The notes under the pieces were generated by a model. It had not been told where the DNA came from, searched no databases, and saw nothing but the letters and a program-made list of their open reading frames with translations. From Dictyostelium discoideum (taxonomy: Eukaryota), in assembly GCA_000004695.1 (NCBI GenBank), contig CM000152.2:320001-384000 (forward strand): DNA of 64,000 nt. Reading direction: 5' to 3'. A program made the position numbers and the translations under genes. Positions within the stretch are counted from its first letter, which is position 1. The number at the start of each line of letters is the position of its first letter. This document shows positions 1 to 12,482 of the stretch, one piece after another.

Positions 1-11
1 CAAGAAAAGAT

Positions 12-1112
12 ATGAATTTAATTGATTCAAATCAACATGTTTTTAATAAAAATAAAATTAAAGATCAAGAATTTTTAGAAAAATTAAAAAAAGATAAAAC
101 GTTAAATATTTTATTAAATCATTATAAAGAGAATTATAATCAAGACTATAAGAATGGAGTTTTAAATTTAAAAGTTTCACCATTTATGTTTGGTAGTTCA
201 TTTATTTTCGATAATAATAATAATGATAATTTCAATGATTTTAAATCATTATTAATTGAATATGAATTTTGGAGAAAACATTTACTTGGTGAACATGATT
301 ATAAAGGTAAAATTATTAAAGATGGTCCAAGATTATTATCAACTTCACAATTTATTAAAATCTTATCAATAACACCAGAGAATCAAAATTACACTTGTTT
401 AGATTCAATTGAAACTTTAGATTGGTTAATTAAAAATAAACCAGATGATTTAAATAATCAAAGATGTATTACAAATCAGTTATTACTATTCACTCATTCA
501 TATCATAGTGGTACTTTAAAAGAAACCAAAATTGAATTTGAAAGATACCATGGAAATTATTTTTTAAATTTTATTCTTGCAAGTGGTTTATTAGAATCTA
601 TTATCAAAAATGCAGATATAGAATCACTGAATATTATAATCGATATTTTTAATGAAGTAAAATCACCAACATCAATAAAATCGCCAATATCAATATCACT
701 ATCAGTTACAAATTTAGAAAATGGTGAAAAAACTCATTATTATGAAAATGAACAAAATAATCAACTAAAACAAATAATTAAAGATATAAAATTACAAATT
801 TTTAAATTCATTGGTTCATCAAATCGTGCTGATATTTTAGAATATTTAATTACTTGTCATTCAAATTTATTTTCACCAATTTCAAACTACCAATCTCTAT
901 ATCAAACTGGTTTCGATAATTCATTTACTTCAATTTGGTGTAATATTGAAGTATCTGAATATATTTTAAATACTTTAAAATATAATTGTTTTAGTTTGTC
1001 TGACCCCTCAAATATTGAAAGACTTTTTAAAAAATCAAAAAATAATAATTCACCTCCTTTTACTCACATGTATGAAAAATTTAATTCAAAAATTAATTTT
1101 AAAATAATATAA
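12..1112 (+). CDS. hypothetical protein, 366-aa uninterrupted ORF (N/K/I-rich, no recognisable domain); may be the 3' part of a gene whose upstream exons lie left of the window
   Basis: Long open frame in AT-rich DNA with Dictyostelium codon usage; ATG at 12 only 11 nt from the window edge; TAA followed by AT-rich 3' flank. Confidence 0.45.
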   Translation: MNLIDSNQHVFNKNKIKDQEFLEKLKKDKTLNILLNHYKENYNQDYKNGVLNLKVSPFMFGSSFIFDNNNNDNFNDFKSLLIEYEFWRKHLLGEHDYKGKIIKDGPRLLSTSQFIKILSITPENQNYTCLDSIETLDWLIKNKPDDLNNQRCITNQLLLFTHSYHSGTLKETKIEFERYHGNYFLNFILASGLLESIIKNADIESLNIIIDIFNEVKSPTSIKSPISISLSVTNLENGEKTHYYENEQNNQLKQIIKDIKLQIFKFIGSSNRADILEYLITCHSNLFSPISNYQSLYQTGFDNSFTSIWCNIEVSEYILNTLKYNCFSLSDPSNIERLFKKSKNNNSPPFTHMYEKFNSKINFKII

Positions 1113-1234
1113 ATAAATAAATAAAAATAAATAAATAAATACAAACACATATCATTACTTTAAGAATTATTTTTTTTATTTTTTTTTTTTATTATTATTA
1201 TTTTATTTTATTTAAGAATCTATAATAATAAAAA

Positions 1235-3318
1235 TTAATTTATTAAATTAAAAAGTATTAATGCATTTGATTTAAAATCTATTATATCTTTTGAAGAATA
1301 TTGAAAATTATTTGGAATTGGTTGAATTAATTGATCTTGTTGTTGTTGTTCTTGTTGTTGGAAATGATAAATTTCATTATTAAATTGATTTGAAAGATTA
1401 AATAATAATAACCATAAAGAATCAGGATCATTTTTTAATAAAACATCTTTCCAAATATCAATTGTAAAATTTTGAAATTGTTCAGGTTGATTTCTATTTA
1501 AATAGTAAATGGTTGTTTTAGCTATATCTATAATTTGATTTTGTTTAATTCTATTACCAGTAGAACCTTCTAATAAAATTGTTTTTAAAGTTTGTAAACA
1601 TACAAATTGAACCTTAAAAGATGGTGTATACTTTAATTTATCTTTTTTCATTTTAATTTCAATTCCTTCTTCAATAGTTTTAATTGATGAATCTATTTCA
1701 ACTATTAATGGTTTCTTTGATGTTGATGAACTATTATTAATATTTGTAGTAGTAGTATTTGGTTGTTGTTGTTGTTGTTGTTGGTATTGTTGTTTAGTTT
1801 GATTTGATTGTTCATCAATTAAAATTCTTTTAAGTATTGGCCATAATTGATCCCAAAATCTTTGAGAAATGAATTCCAATGAAAGATTTGAAATGGTTTG
1901 AATTACTTCTAATGATTTCTTTGCAATGATTCTATCAGATTCTGAAACTCTTTTAACTAATGAATCCCATACTAAATGAATTAATGGGAATAATGCAACT
2001 TTTTCAATACTTTTATCTGAATTTGTTTTATTTTGTTGTTGTTGTTGTTTTTGTTGTTGTTGTTGTTGTTCATGATCATCTTCATTTATAATTTCTTTTT
2101 GTTCATTATCATCTTCATCTTCAACTCCACCATATTTTCTAGTACCAGTTGCAACAATAACTAAACCCATTTCAATAATATCAATAGTTGTCATTTTAAT
2201 GAATTTATTTTTTGAACTAATGAAATGAATTGATTTTTTAATAATTTCTTGTGCCATTTGTCTTTGAATTTCTGTAGTTTCAATGAAATTTGGTATACCC
2301 AATTGTTGTGGTGTAGTTTCAATTTTCAATAAATCAATAAGTGGTGGTTGTTGTTGTTGTTGTTTCTTTAAATTATTATTTTTAAAATCTAATTGATTCA
2401 ATTGTTCAATTTTATCATCTTTTTTATAATGATGAGATAAGAAAAATTCTTTAATATCTTGAATTGATTGTTTTTCTTTTTCTTCTTCTTCTTCTTCTTT
2501 TTCTTTATTTTCTTCTTCTTTTTCCTCTTTTTGTTGTTGTTGTTGTAATTTTCTTTTTTCTTTAATTTCATTTAATTTTAATAAAATTTGTTGATATTGT
2601 AATTGATGTTTTGAATTATTATATAAAACACAAACTATATTTGAAAGGATAGAAATGAATATTTGAATATTTTTTGAATTTTCAATTGCTAAATCCAATG
2701 AATTTAAAATCATTCTAATTGTATCTGAAAGAAAAGGAAGAAAACCTAAACCTGTAATATTTAAAATACCTTTGAAAATAGTTGGTGTATTTGGGAATGA
2801 ATCTAAATATTTCATATGACTTTCAATTGTATCCAATAAATAATCTGAATTCTTATAAATTATATCTTGAATTGATTCATATTCAAATGAATTTTGAATT
2901 TCATTTAATGTTTTTTTACATTGATTAAAAATTAATCCATTATTATTACCACTACCACTACCACTACCACTACTACTATCTAAACTTGATAAACCAAATT
3001 TCTCTAATAATTGATAAATAATTTTACTTAAAAATATTTGACGATATTTCTTTGTTTGAAAATTAGCAACTATTTTAGTTAAAACACCAATTGATTCTAA
3101 TACTAATGATATTGTAACAGTATTATCGAAATAAATCTCTAACTGATTATCATTATCTTTATTTGAAATTGATAATAATAAAGTATTATCATTATTATTA
3201 TTATTGATTTTATTTGAATAAATTAAATGTTGATCTCTTGAAATTACTAAATTTAATAAATTTGGTGACATAACTTCTTCTAAAATATATTGAACTGTTG
3301 AAAAATCCATTACTGAAC

Positions 3319-3378
<60 letters not shown>

Positions 3379-3606
3379 TACTACCAATTAAAAGATGATT
3401 TAAACAAAACATAATCTCTTTTCTCTTTGGCGAACTTGATAATAAACTATTTGAAATTAAAACATCAATCCATTCTCTAATATCACAAAGTTTACCAATT
3501 AATTCAATAATTTTAATTAAATAATTCTCACTATCTCTACTATAAAAATTTATAAATGGTAATGATAAATTTGAAAAGGATTTAATTGATCTTTTTTGAC
3601 TTTTTT
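1235..3606 (-). CDS. exon 2 of the same gene; joined across a 96-bp intron (3607..3702, GTATGT...TCATTCAG, phase 1) giving a continuous ...DNPF|EKSQKRSIKSF... frame into the 725-aa track ORF
   Basis: Hand translation shows the frame is open from the acceptor at 3606 through the annotated M at 3412 to the stop at 1235; donor, acceptor and phase are all consistent. Confidence 0.6.
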
Positions 3607-3702
3607 CTGAATGATTTTTGTTTTAAATATAAATAAAAAAATAAATGAATTTTAGAATTAAATATTAAATAATTAAAATATTAAATAATGATATATACAT
3701 AC

Positions 3703-5752
<2,050 letters not shown>

Positions 5753-6137
5753 ATTATTAATTGTTGTACATAAACGTTGAGAGCAATGGGAATTAAAAAA
5801 AAAAAAAAAATAAAAAAAAAAAAAATAAAATATTTTTTCATTTTTTTTTTTTTTTAATTTAAATTTTTAAAAAAAATAAGAATTTTGTGTATAAAAATAG
5901 AGCACACATAATGATATAAAATATAAAAAAAAAAAAAATGAATGAAACCATTATGATTTTGAGCTTTTTTTTTTTAAACTGAAGATATAAATGTTTTTAA
6001 AAAATAAAAAATAATAAAAAAAAAAAAGAATTTTTTTTGAAAGTAATAATATATAATTTATTTGTAGTTTTGTAAAAAAGGAATATTGTTTTGGTTTTTT
6101 TTAAAAAAAAGGATAATAAAAAATAAATGAAACTAAG

Positions 6138-6189
<52 letters not shown>

Positions 6190-6426
6190 GGCGGGAATCA
6201 TGGAAAATTATTAAATTAAAAAAAAAAAAAAAAAATAATAATATCAATTAGTTACTTTCTGTTTAAAATGGTGTTGGTTTTGGAGTATGAAGAAAGTAAA
6301 AAAAAAAAGATATTATGTGAAATATAAATATAGATATATAAAAAAAGTAACATTAATCAAAATCAATAAGTAGGGAAAGGGGAAAACTTTGTAATGGAAT
6401 ATATCTGTTGCGGTATTTTTAAGACT

Positions 6427-6761
6427 CTAGAATGTACTGGTTGTTTGAACCAAGATGACCCCTTGAGCTCCACATTTTTGGCATGGATACATTGAATGTG
6501 GTGGCATTGGAATAAAGCCTGTTGATTTGCAAAGTGGACATGGTACTGATACAGTAAGTAATGCTGGGGAAGAAATCTTGCTAATTAATAAGTGTTGATT
6601 GCAAGTGCCTATTTTTAGAGTGAGAGAAAAAAAAAAATTTTTAAAGTTAGAAATGTTTTTTTTTTTTTTTTTTTATTGAAATTTTTTGTCGGGTTTTATT
6701 TATTTTTTTTTGATTACTTACTTGAATTATGACCAGGTTTACGACAACGAGAGCAAGGCAT
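6427..6761 (-). CDS. small 73-aa protein with an N-terminal CCHC zinc knuckle (C-X2-C-X4-H-X4-C). Two exons (6722..6761 and 6427..6608) with intron 6609..6721 (GTAAGT...AAAAATAG, phase 1)
   Basis: The window's least AT-rich stretch (about 55% AT versus about 78% overall) in an AT desert. AAAAATG start context, ATGCCTTGCTCTCGTTGTCGTAAACCTGGTCATAATTCAA|GTAAGT. Exon 2 is the only open frame (60 codons) across the island. Product: MPCSRCRKPGHNSSTCNQHLLISKISSPALLTVSVPCPLCKSTGFIPMPPHSMYPCQKCGAQGVILVQTTSTF. Confidence 0.4.
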
Positions 6762-6934
6762 TTTTAATATAATAATTTAATTTTAATTTTTATTTTTTTA
6801 TTTTTTTGAAAAAGAAATTATTGTTTTTATATATTTAATTATTTATTTATTTAATTAATTATTTTATTTATTTATTTTGAAAACAATATATGATTTTATA
6901 TGAATAATAATTATAAATTTTTAATTTTAATATT

Positions 6935-6990
<56 letters not shown>

Positions 6991-7135
6991 AAAAATGATG
7001 GATCATTATAATCTAAACAAATATAAAAATATCTCTTTTTTAATTGAATAAAAATTTATATAAATTTTTATAAAAAAAAAAAAAAAAAAAGAAAAAATTT
7101 TAGTTTAAATATTTTTTTTTTTTTTATTTTAATTT

Positions 7136-7169
<34 letters not shown>

Positions 7170-7347
7170 CTTTTTAATAAAATTAATTTTTTTTTTTTTT
7201 TTTTACGTTAAAAGTCGGGCATGCGTGTGCCTTTTGATCTGCCACAAAAAGAAGAATTTTTGTTGTCACTTTTTTACTTAAAAAAAATAAAAAAATAAAA
7301 AAATAAAAAAATCTAAAAATAAAAATCTTTTTTTTTTTATTTTTTTT

Positions 7348-9843
7348 TTATTTTTTTAATTTAATTAATTTTTCAGTTTGATGAAGTAATTTAAAATTTA
7401 ATTTAATTAATAAAAGTAATTGAGAGAAACCATTTTGGTTGAAAAATATTTTTGGAGAATTTGAAAATGTATAACGAGAAGCTTCATCTAAAATTTTATC
7501 GGTATAATAGATTGGAATTAAAGGTTTACCTCTATTTTCAGCCAATGAAATTTCATCACGAATTAAAGGTGTAAATGCAACCTCTGATATAATTACCACA
7601 ACTACCCAACTTGAGATAACTTTTTTCTCTCTTGGTACAATTGTGATACCATTCTCTTTAAAGAAATCGAATAATGGTTTAAAAGTTTTTTCACTATTTG
7701 GATCGAATGATATGAAAATTGATTCAGAACCAGAGATTGAATGAGGTATAGTATCAACATCATGTTTATTATCACTATCATCTTCATCCTCATTATCTCC
7801 ATCACCTGATTTTGAACTTTTTGAATCTTTAGTATTTAACATATTATAAACACCTTCTAATAAAACACTGAAAGAGTCATTATAGATTTCATATGATGAG
7901 AAATCGACCAATTGTGAACGGAAAATACAAGATTCCAAAGTTGGGTCGGTGATTTTAGTTTTTTCAGCCCAAATTGAAACCATTGGTAATTTTGAAAGAA
8001 AAGTTAACAATAGATTCACTTGATAGCTGAGGGTTAGGGATTTAGAAGAGACAAAGAATATATAACCATAGCAATTACGATTTTCATTTGATTCTGAACT
8101 AATTAAACAAGCTGTTATTAAATTGTCTTCTAATGAATACTTCAACCTATTGGCCAAGTCTACATATTCACTAGTGTAAACTATACCAATATCATACAAC
8201 TTATTTTGTTTCTTTATTTCAAATGCGACATCCTTATCCAATAAATCAAATGGTCTTTCATCTTGATAGTTTCTTTGTTTATGATTTGCACCTGCTTTAA
8301 TCGCTATCTCAAATTCCTTTATTGATAACTTTTTTGCGAAAAAATGTAAACAATTATCACCTGTTATCTTATTAGTGAAATTAATATCTGATAGTAGATT
8401 AGAAGCAACCGATTTTAAAGGCCATTTTAAGATTTCTGCATTGTAAAAGTATGGTGGTAAATTTTCTTTGTTTAAAGTTTTAAGATTTGGTGCTAAAATT
8501 TCTTCAACATTGAAAAATGTGACATCACGATAACCCAATCGTTTTTTGGCTATAATATGTAGCAAACTATCTCCATTACTATTCCTATAGGTAACTGCTG
8601 ATTTGGTATCACAATGATACCACATGTTTTTATAATGCTCCATTTTACCAGTCCACAATAATTGAGCCAATAACTCTTGTGGATTATCATAAAGTAATGC
8701 ACTATGATAAGAACCTGTTGAAACTTGACTTGGAAAACCAATGATCTCCTTACAATTTGAAATTGGTACAGTATCAGCATAAATCTCCTCCTCTGTCGCA
8801 GATTGACCATATCTATTCCAACCAAATGCAAAAACTTGATTATTTTGACTTCTCGCCAAAACATGTTTACCACAATCTGATGAACAATCAAAATCAATAA
8901 AACCACCACTATTACCATTTGCTGCTGCTGTCGTTGTTGTTGTGGTGGTGGTGGTGGTTGTAGTTGTAGCTTCAACTAAACATTTTGGAACTGATGAAGA
9001 ATATTCGTCAACAAATGTACCCCAACACCAAAAACTACCATTTTCACCAACTGCGCATGTGTAAGTACCACCACATTGAATGGTGGCGAATTTTTGAAAT
9101 GATTTAACTTTAATTGGGATTGGTAGTGATTTGTTGAATGATGAGCCATCGCCTAACTGATACTCTTCGTTCATACCCCATGTGTAGAGCTCGCCTTTTA
9201 GATCGATCGCACCCATGTGTCTATCGCCAATGGCGAGGGTTTTGATACCAATATTATCAAAGAAAACACAACGAAATGGTGTGTATTGGTCAGTTTGGTT
9301 ATTAATCCCCAACTGACCGTACTTGTTGTATCCCCATGTATACAACTTACGCTGAACGGTATCTTTACTAATGGCAGCAGACGACGCACCACCCGCATAC
9401 ACACTTTCAATGTTACTCAAGCCCGGCACGAGTTTGGGCTGATAGATAGCCAGGGTCTTCCCTTGACCCAAACGGCCCAGTGATGAACTGCCCCATGTCA
9501 AAACTTGCGATGAGGAAGTCAACGCTATTGAATGATCATTCCCGCATTGTAAATCTCTAATTGAGTGATTCATCTCCACTAGTGTTGGCTCTGATCTATC
9601 TTCAGTATCGCCTGTACCCAATTTACCAAAACTACCATTACCAAACATATATAAATTGCCTGTTCCAGTAATGAATCCTGTATGTTGCACACCACATGAC
9701 ACCTTTTTAACATTATAATAATTTGGTAATAAAGTTGGTATACCTGTATAATTATCTTGATTATAAATAAACTCTTTATCAATTTCAATACCAATTTGAC
9801 CATGAGAATTCTTACCAAATACAATCAATGCCCCAAATGCCAT
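7348..9843 (-). CDS. 831-aa multidomain protein: N-terminal RCC1-like beta-propeller repeats, two central ankyrin repeats, C-terminal approx. 250 aa with TIR-like motifs (...ESIFISFD..., ...SSWVVVVIISE...RDEISLAE...LIPIYY)
   Basis: Single uninterrupted ORF. Repeated G-x-N-x-x-GQLG / CGxxHT motifs typical of RCC1 blades. GDSLLHIIAKK and GDNCLHFFAKK...AIKAGANHKQRN ankyrin signatures. C-terminal region matches the TIR box1 (F/I-x-I/F-S-F/Y) and the hydrophobic strand-Ser-x-Trp/Glu-...-IPIFY-like pattern. Confidence 0.7.
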   Translation of the reverse strand: MAFGALIVFGKNSHGQIGIEIDKEFIYNQDNYTGIPTLLPNYYNVKKVSCGVQHTGFITGTGNLYMFGNGSFGKLGTGDTEDRSEPTLVEMNHSIRDLQCGNDHSIALTSSSQVLTWGSSSLGRLGQGKTLAIYQPKLVPGLSNIESVYAGGASSAAISKDTVQRKLYTWGYNKYGQLGINNQTDQYTPFRCVFFDNIGIKTLAIGDRHMGAIDLKGELYTWGMNEEYQLGDGSSFNKSLPIPIKVKSFQKFATIQCGGTYTCAVGENGSFWCWGTFVDEYSSSVPKCLVEATTTTTTTTTTTTTAAANGNSGGFIDFDCSSDCGKHVLARSQNNQVFAFGWNRYGQSATEEEIYADTVPISNCKEIIGFPSQVSTGSYHSALLYDNPQELLAQLLWTGKMEHYKNMWYHCDTKSAVTYRNSNGDSLLHIIAKKRLGYRDVTFFNVEEILAPNLKTLNKENLPPYFYNAEILKWPLKSVASNLLSDINFTNKITGDNCLHFFAKKLSIKEFEIAIKAGANHKQRNYQDERPFDLLDKDVAFEIKKQNKLYDIGIVYTSEYVDLANRLKYSLEDNLITACLISSESNENRNCYGYIFFVSSKSLTLSYQVNLLLTFLSKLPMVSIWAEKTKITDPTLESCIFRSQLVDFSSYEIYNDSFSVLLEGVYNMLNTKDSKSSKSGDGDNEDEDDSDNKHDVDTIPHSISGSESIFISFDPNSEKTFKPLFDFFKENGITIVPREKKVISSWVVVVIISEVAFTPLIRDEISLAENRGKPLIPIYYTDKILDEASRYTFSNSPKIFFNQNGFSQLLLLIKLNFKLLHQTEKLIKLKK

Positions 9844-10249
9844 TCTATTCTATTTTATTATTTTTACAACATGTAATTTATTTAATAATTATTATGTATT
9901 ATTATTATTTTGTTTTGAAATATTTTTAAAATAAATAAATAAATAAATAAATAAATAAAGAAATAAAGAAATAAATAAATGAAGATGGGTAGAGATAGAA
10001 AAACAGAGAAATTATATAAAAATAACTTCTTTTTTTTTTTTTGGTTTTGGTTTTTTTTTTTTTTTCAGAAAAAAAATATATTTAAAAGAATGATTTTTTG
10101 GTTTATTTTAAAAATATTATTTTTTTTTTTTTTTTTTTTTTTTTTAGAAAATATCCAGATCTGTTTTTTTTCTCATATAAATTTTTTTTTTTTTTTTTTT
10201 TTAAAATTTTTTTTTTTTCTACACATCAAACAAGTTTGACAAAAAAGAA

Positions 10250-11290
10250 ATGAGCGGGAAAATCACAGATTTCTTTGAGAAAAAGACAACAACAACTATA
10301 GATGAAGCAGAAAATAAAGATAATGATAAAGAATTAACTTCTACCACTACCACCACCACAACAACCTCCACCACCTCAAAAAAAAAAGTAGCTGCAGCAC
10401 CAAAAAAAAAAGCAGCTGTAGCATCTAAAAAAAGAAAACATGAATCGTCAGATGAAGAAACAGATAAAGAAGAACAACAAAACGATGATGATGACGATGG
10501 TGAAGAAAAAGTCGAAAATAATAATAATAATAAAAAATTAAAAAATGAAGAGAAATCTGAAGAAATTAATTCGACAATAACAGATAACAATTATTATGAT
10601 GATATTGAAAATTATTTTACAGATAAACAATGGAAAGAAGCATTGAGTGGTGAATTTGGTAAAGCATATTTTAAGAAAATGATAACACAATTAAATAAAC
10701 GTTATAGTTCAAAAGAGAAACCAATTTATCCACCAAAGAATGAGATTTTCTCTGCATTTAATTACGCACATTTGGAGGATGTCAAGGTGGTTATCATTGG
10801 TCAAGATCCGTACCATGGCAAGGGTCAAGCTCATGGCTTGAGTTTCTCGGTCAAGAAGGGGGTATCACCACCACCATCATTGATTAATATCTACAAAGAG
10901 TTGGAGACTGATATCGAGGGCTTTAAAAGACCTTTGAAAAACGGCTTCTTAGAGCCATGGGCTAGACAGGGTGTGTTCTTACTTAACGCTGTCTTGACAG
11001 TGGAAGAGGCAACACCAAATTCTCACAAAGATTTCGGTTGGGCTGATTTCACTGATGCCGTATTAAAAATACTAAGTAAACAAGATCAACCAATCGTTTT
11101 CATTTTGTGGGGTGGCTTTGCTCAAAAGAAGGAAAAACTATTCACAAATAAAAATCATTTGGTTTTAAAGAGTGGTCATCCTTCACCATTATCAATTAAA
11201 CATTTCATTGGTTGTAAACATTTCTCAAAATCAAATGAATTTTTAAAATCAAAAGGTATTGAAGAAATTGATTGGAAGATTACAGAATAA
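10250..11290 (+). CDS. ung: uracil-DNA glycosylase (family 1 UNG) with an acidic/Lys-rich N-terminal extension
   Basis: Catalytic water-activating loop GQDPYH, Leu-intercalation loop HPSPLS, plus LLLN..L and WGG..A motifs in the correct order; single exon. Confidence 0.9.
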   Translation: MSGKITDFFEKKTTTTIDEAENKDNDKELTSTTTTTTTTSTTSKKKVAAAPKKKAAVASKKRKHESSDEETDKEEQQNDDDDDGEEKVENNNNNKKLKNEEKSEEINSTITDNNYYDDIENYFTDKQWKEALSGEFGKAYFKKMITQLNKRYSSKEKPIYPPKNEIFSAFNYAHLEDVKVVIIGQDPYHGKGQAHGLSFSVKKGVSPPPSLINIYKELETDIEGFKRPLKNGFLEPWARQGVFLLNAVLTVEEATPNSHKDFGWADFTDAVLKILSKQDQPIVFILWGGFAQKKEKLFTNKNHLVLKSGHPSPLSIKHFIGCKHFSKSNEFLKSKGIEEIDWKITE

Positions 11291-11473
11291 AATTAAAAAA
11301 AAAAAAAATAAATAAAAATAAAAATAAAAATATCTCAAAAAATATTTTTGTGTATGTATGTGTATGTGTGTCAATCAAATTCCAAATCTGGATATTTTAC
11401 GGAAAATCTGAAATTTTTTATTTTATATTTTTTTATTTTTTATTTTTTATTTTTATTTACACTTGATTTTGGT

Positions 11474-11505
<32 letters not shown>

Positions 11506-12006
11506 CAAATTTATTAAAATAAAAGAAAAAAAAAAAAAATTACAAATAAAGTAAAATATAAAAAAATAAAAATTAAAATAAAAATAAAATAAAATAAATC
11601 AAAAAAAAAAAAAAAAAATCAAATAATACCCCTTGTAAAAAATTTTAAAATAAAAAAAAAATAAAATATCTTTTTTTTAAAAAGCACCTTTTTTTTCAAA
11701 ATAAAAAAATATCTAAAATTTAATTTTTATTTTATTTTTTTTTTTTATTTTATTTTATTTTATTTTTTTTCTTTTTTTTGAAATTAATGTTGGAACCATC
11801 AAAAAATTCTGTGGATAAGAAAAAAAAAAAAAATTAAAAAATTTAAAGCTCCACTGCTGATTTAAATATTTATTATTATTTTTTATTTGTATTGTGGTGG
11901 GTTTTGTTTTCTTGTAAATTAAAAATAAATAAAAATAAAAACTTTTTTGTACTATTATTATTATTATATAAATTATTTTAAAAATAAAAAAAATAAAAAA
12001 TTAAAA

Positions 12007-12024
12007 ATGTCAAATCCAGTCTGT
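12007..12024 (+). CDS. speculative 6-codon first exon (MSNPVC) of the RasGEF gene, followed by a GTATGT donor; would splice in phase 0 to the acceptor at 12246
   Basis: AAAAATG context, immediate GTATGT, phase compatible with the next exon; however TGTGTATGTGT also occurs as a simple microsatellite at 11350. Confidence 0.2.
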
Positions 12025-12063
12025 GTATGTGTTTTTATTTACAATTTGATAAGGAAAAAAAAA

Positions 12064-12115
<52 letters not shown>

Positions 12116-12145
12116 AATTTTATTTGTAGATATATTGGGAAAAGA

Positions 12146-12197
<52 letters not shown>

Positions 12198-12246
12198 AAT
12201 AAAAAATATAAAAAAAAAAACTAATTTTAAGATTTAATTTTTATAG

Positions 12247-12349
12247 ATAAGTAATAGTACAAACGGAAGTAGTAATAGTTTAAATGGGGAATCAGTATCA
12301 CCAAATAGATTGGGATCATCTCCAGGTTCGCCAATTTCAAAAGCATCAT
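12247..12349 (+). CDS. RasGEF gene internal Ser/Asn-rich exon (ISNSTNGSSNSLNGESVSPNRLGSSPGSPISKAS), bounded by acceptor TTTTATAG and donor GTAATA, phase 0 in / phase 1 out
   Basis: Coding-like composition between splice signals; joins in frame (S codon completed) to the exon starting 12483. Confidence 0.45.
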
Positions 12350-12397
12350 GTAATATATCTTTAAATTTATTTATTTATTTATTTTATTTTTAACTTA

Positions 12398-12447
<50 letters not shown>

Positions 12448-12482
12448 CTCTCTCCTTATTATTAAATAATAATTATTATTAG

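Noticed and set aside
6557-6616. Plus-strand GTAAGT...TTTTTAG pair suggesting a plus-strand intron in the GC island
   Set aside because: All three plus-strand frames across 6400-6560 are closed by stops within 30 codons, whereas the minus strand gives ATG, donor, acceptor and a 60-codon open exon
7602-9824. Five short ORFs nested in or antisense to the TIR-like gene
   Set aside because: Fully contained within a well-supported 831-aa ORF; low-complexity or hydrophobic nonsense
9979-10239. Track ORF encoding poly-Phe/Lys (MKMGRDRKTEKLYKNNFFFFFW...)
   Set aside because: Lies in a poly-T/poly-A promoter desert upstream of ung; composition is homopolymer translation, no codon structure
11272-11554. 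Two overlapping small ORFs (KKKINKNK..., MCMYVYVCQSNSKSGYF...) after ung
   Set aside because: AT-rich 3' flank with (TGTGTA)n microsatellite and T21 run; no splice signals or conserved residues
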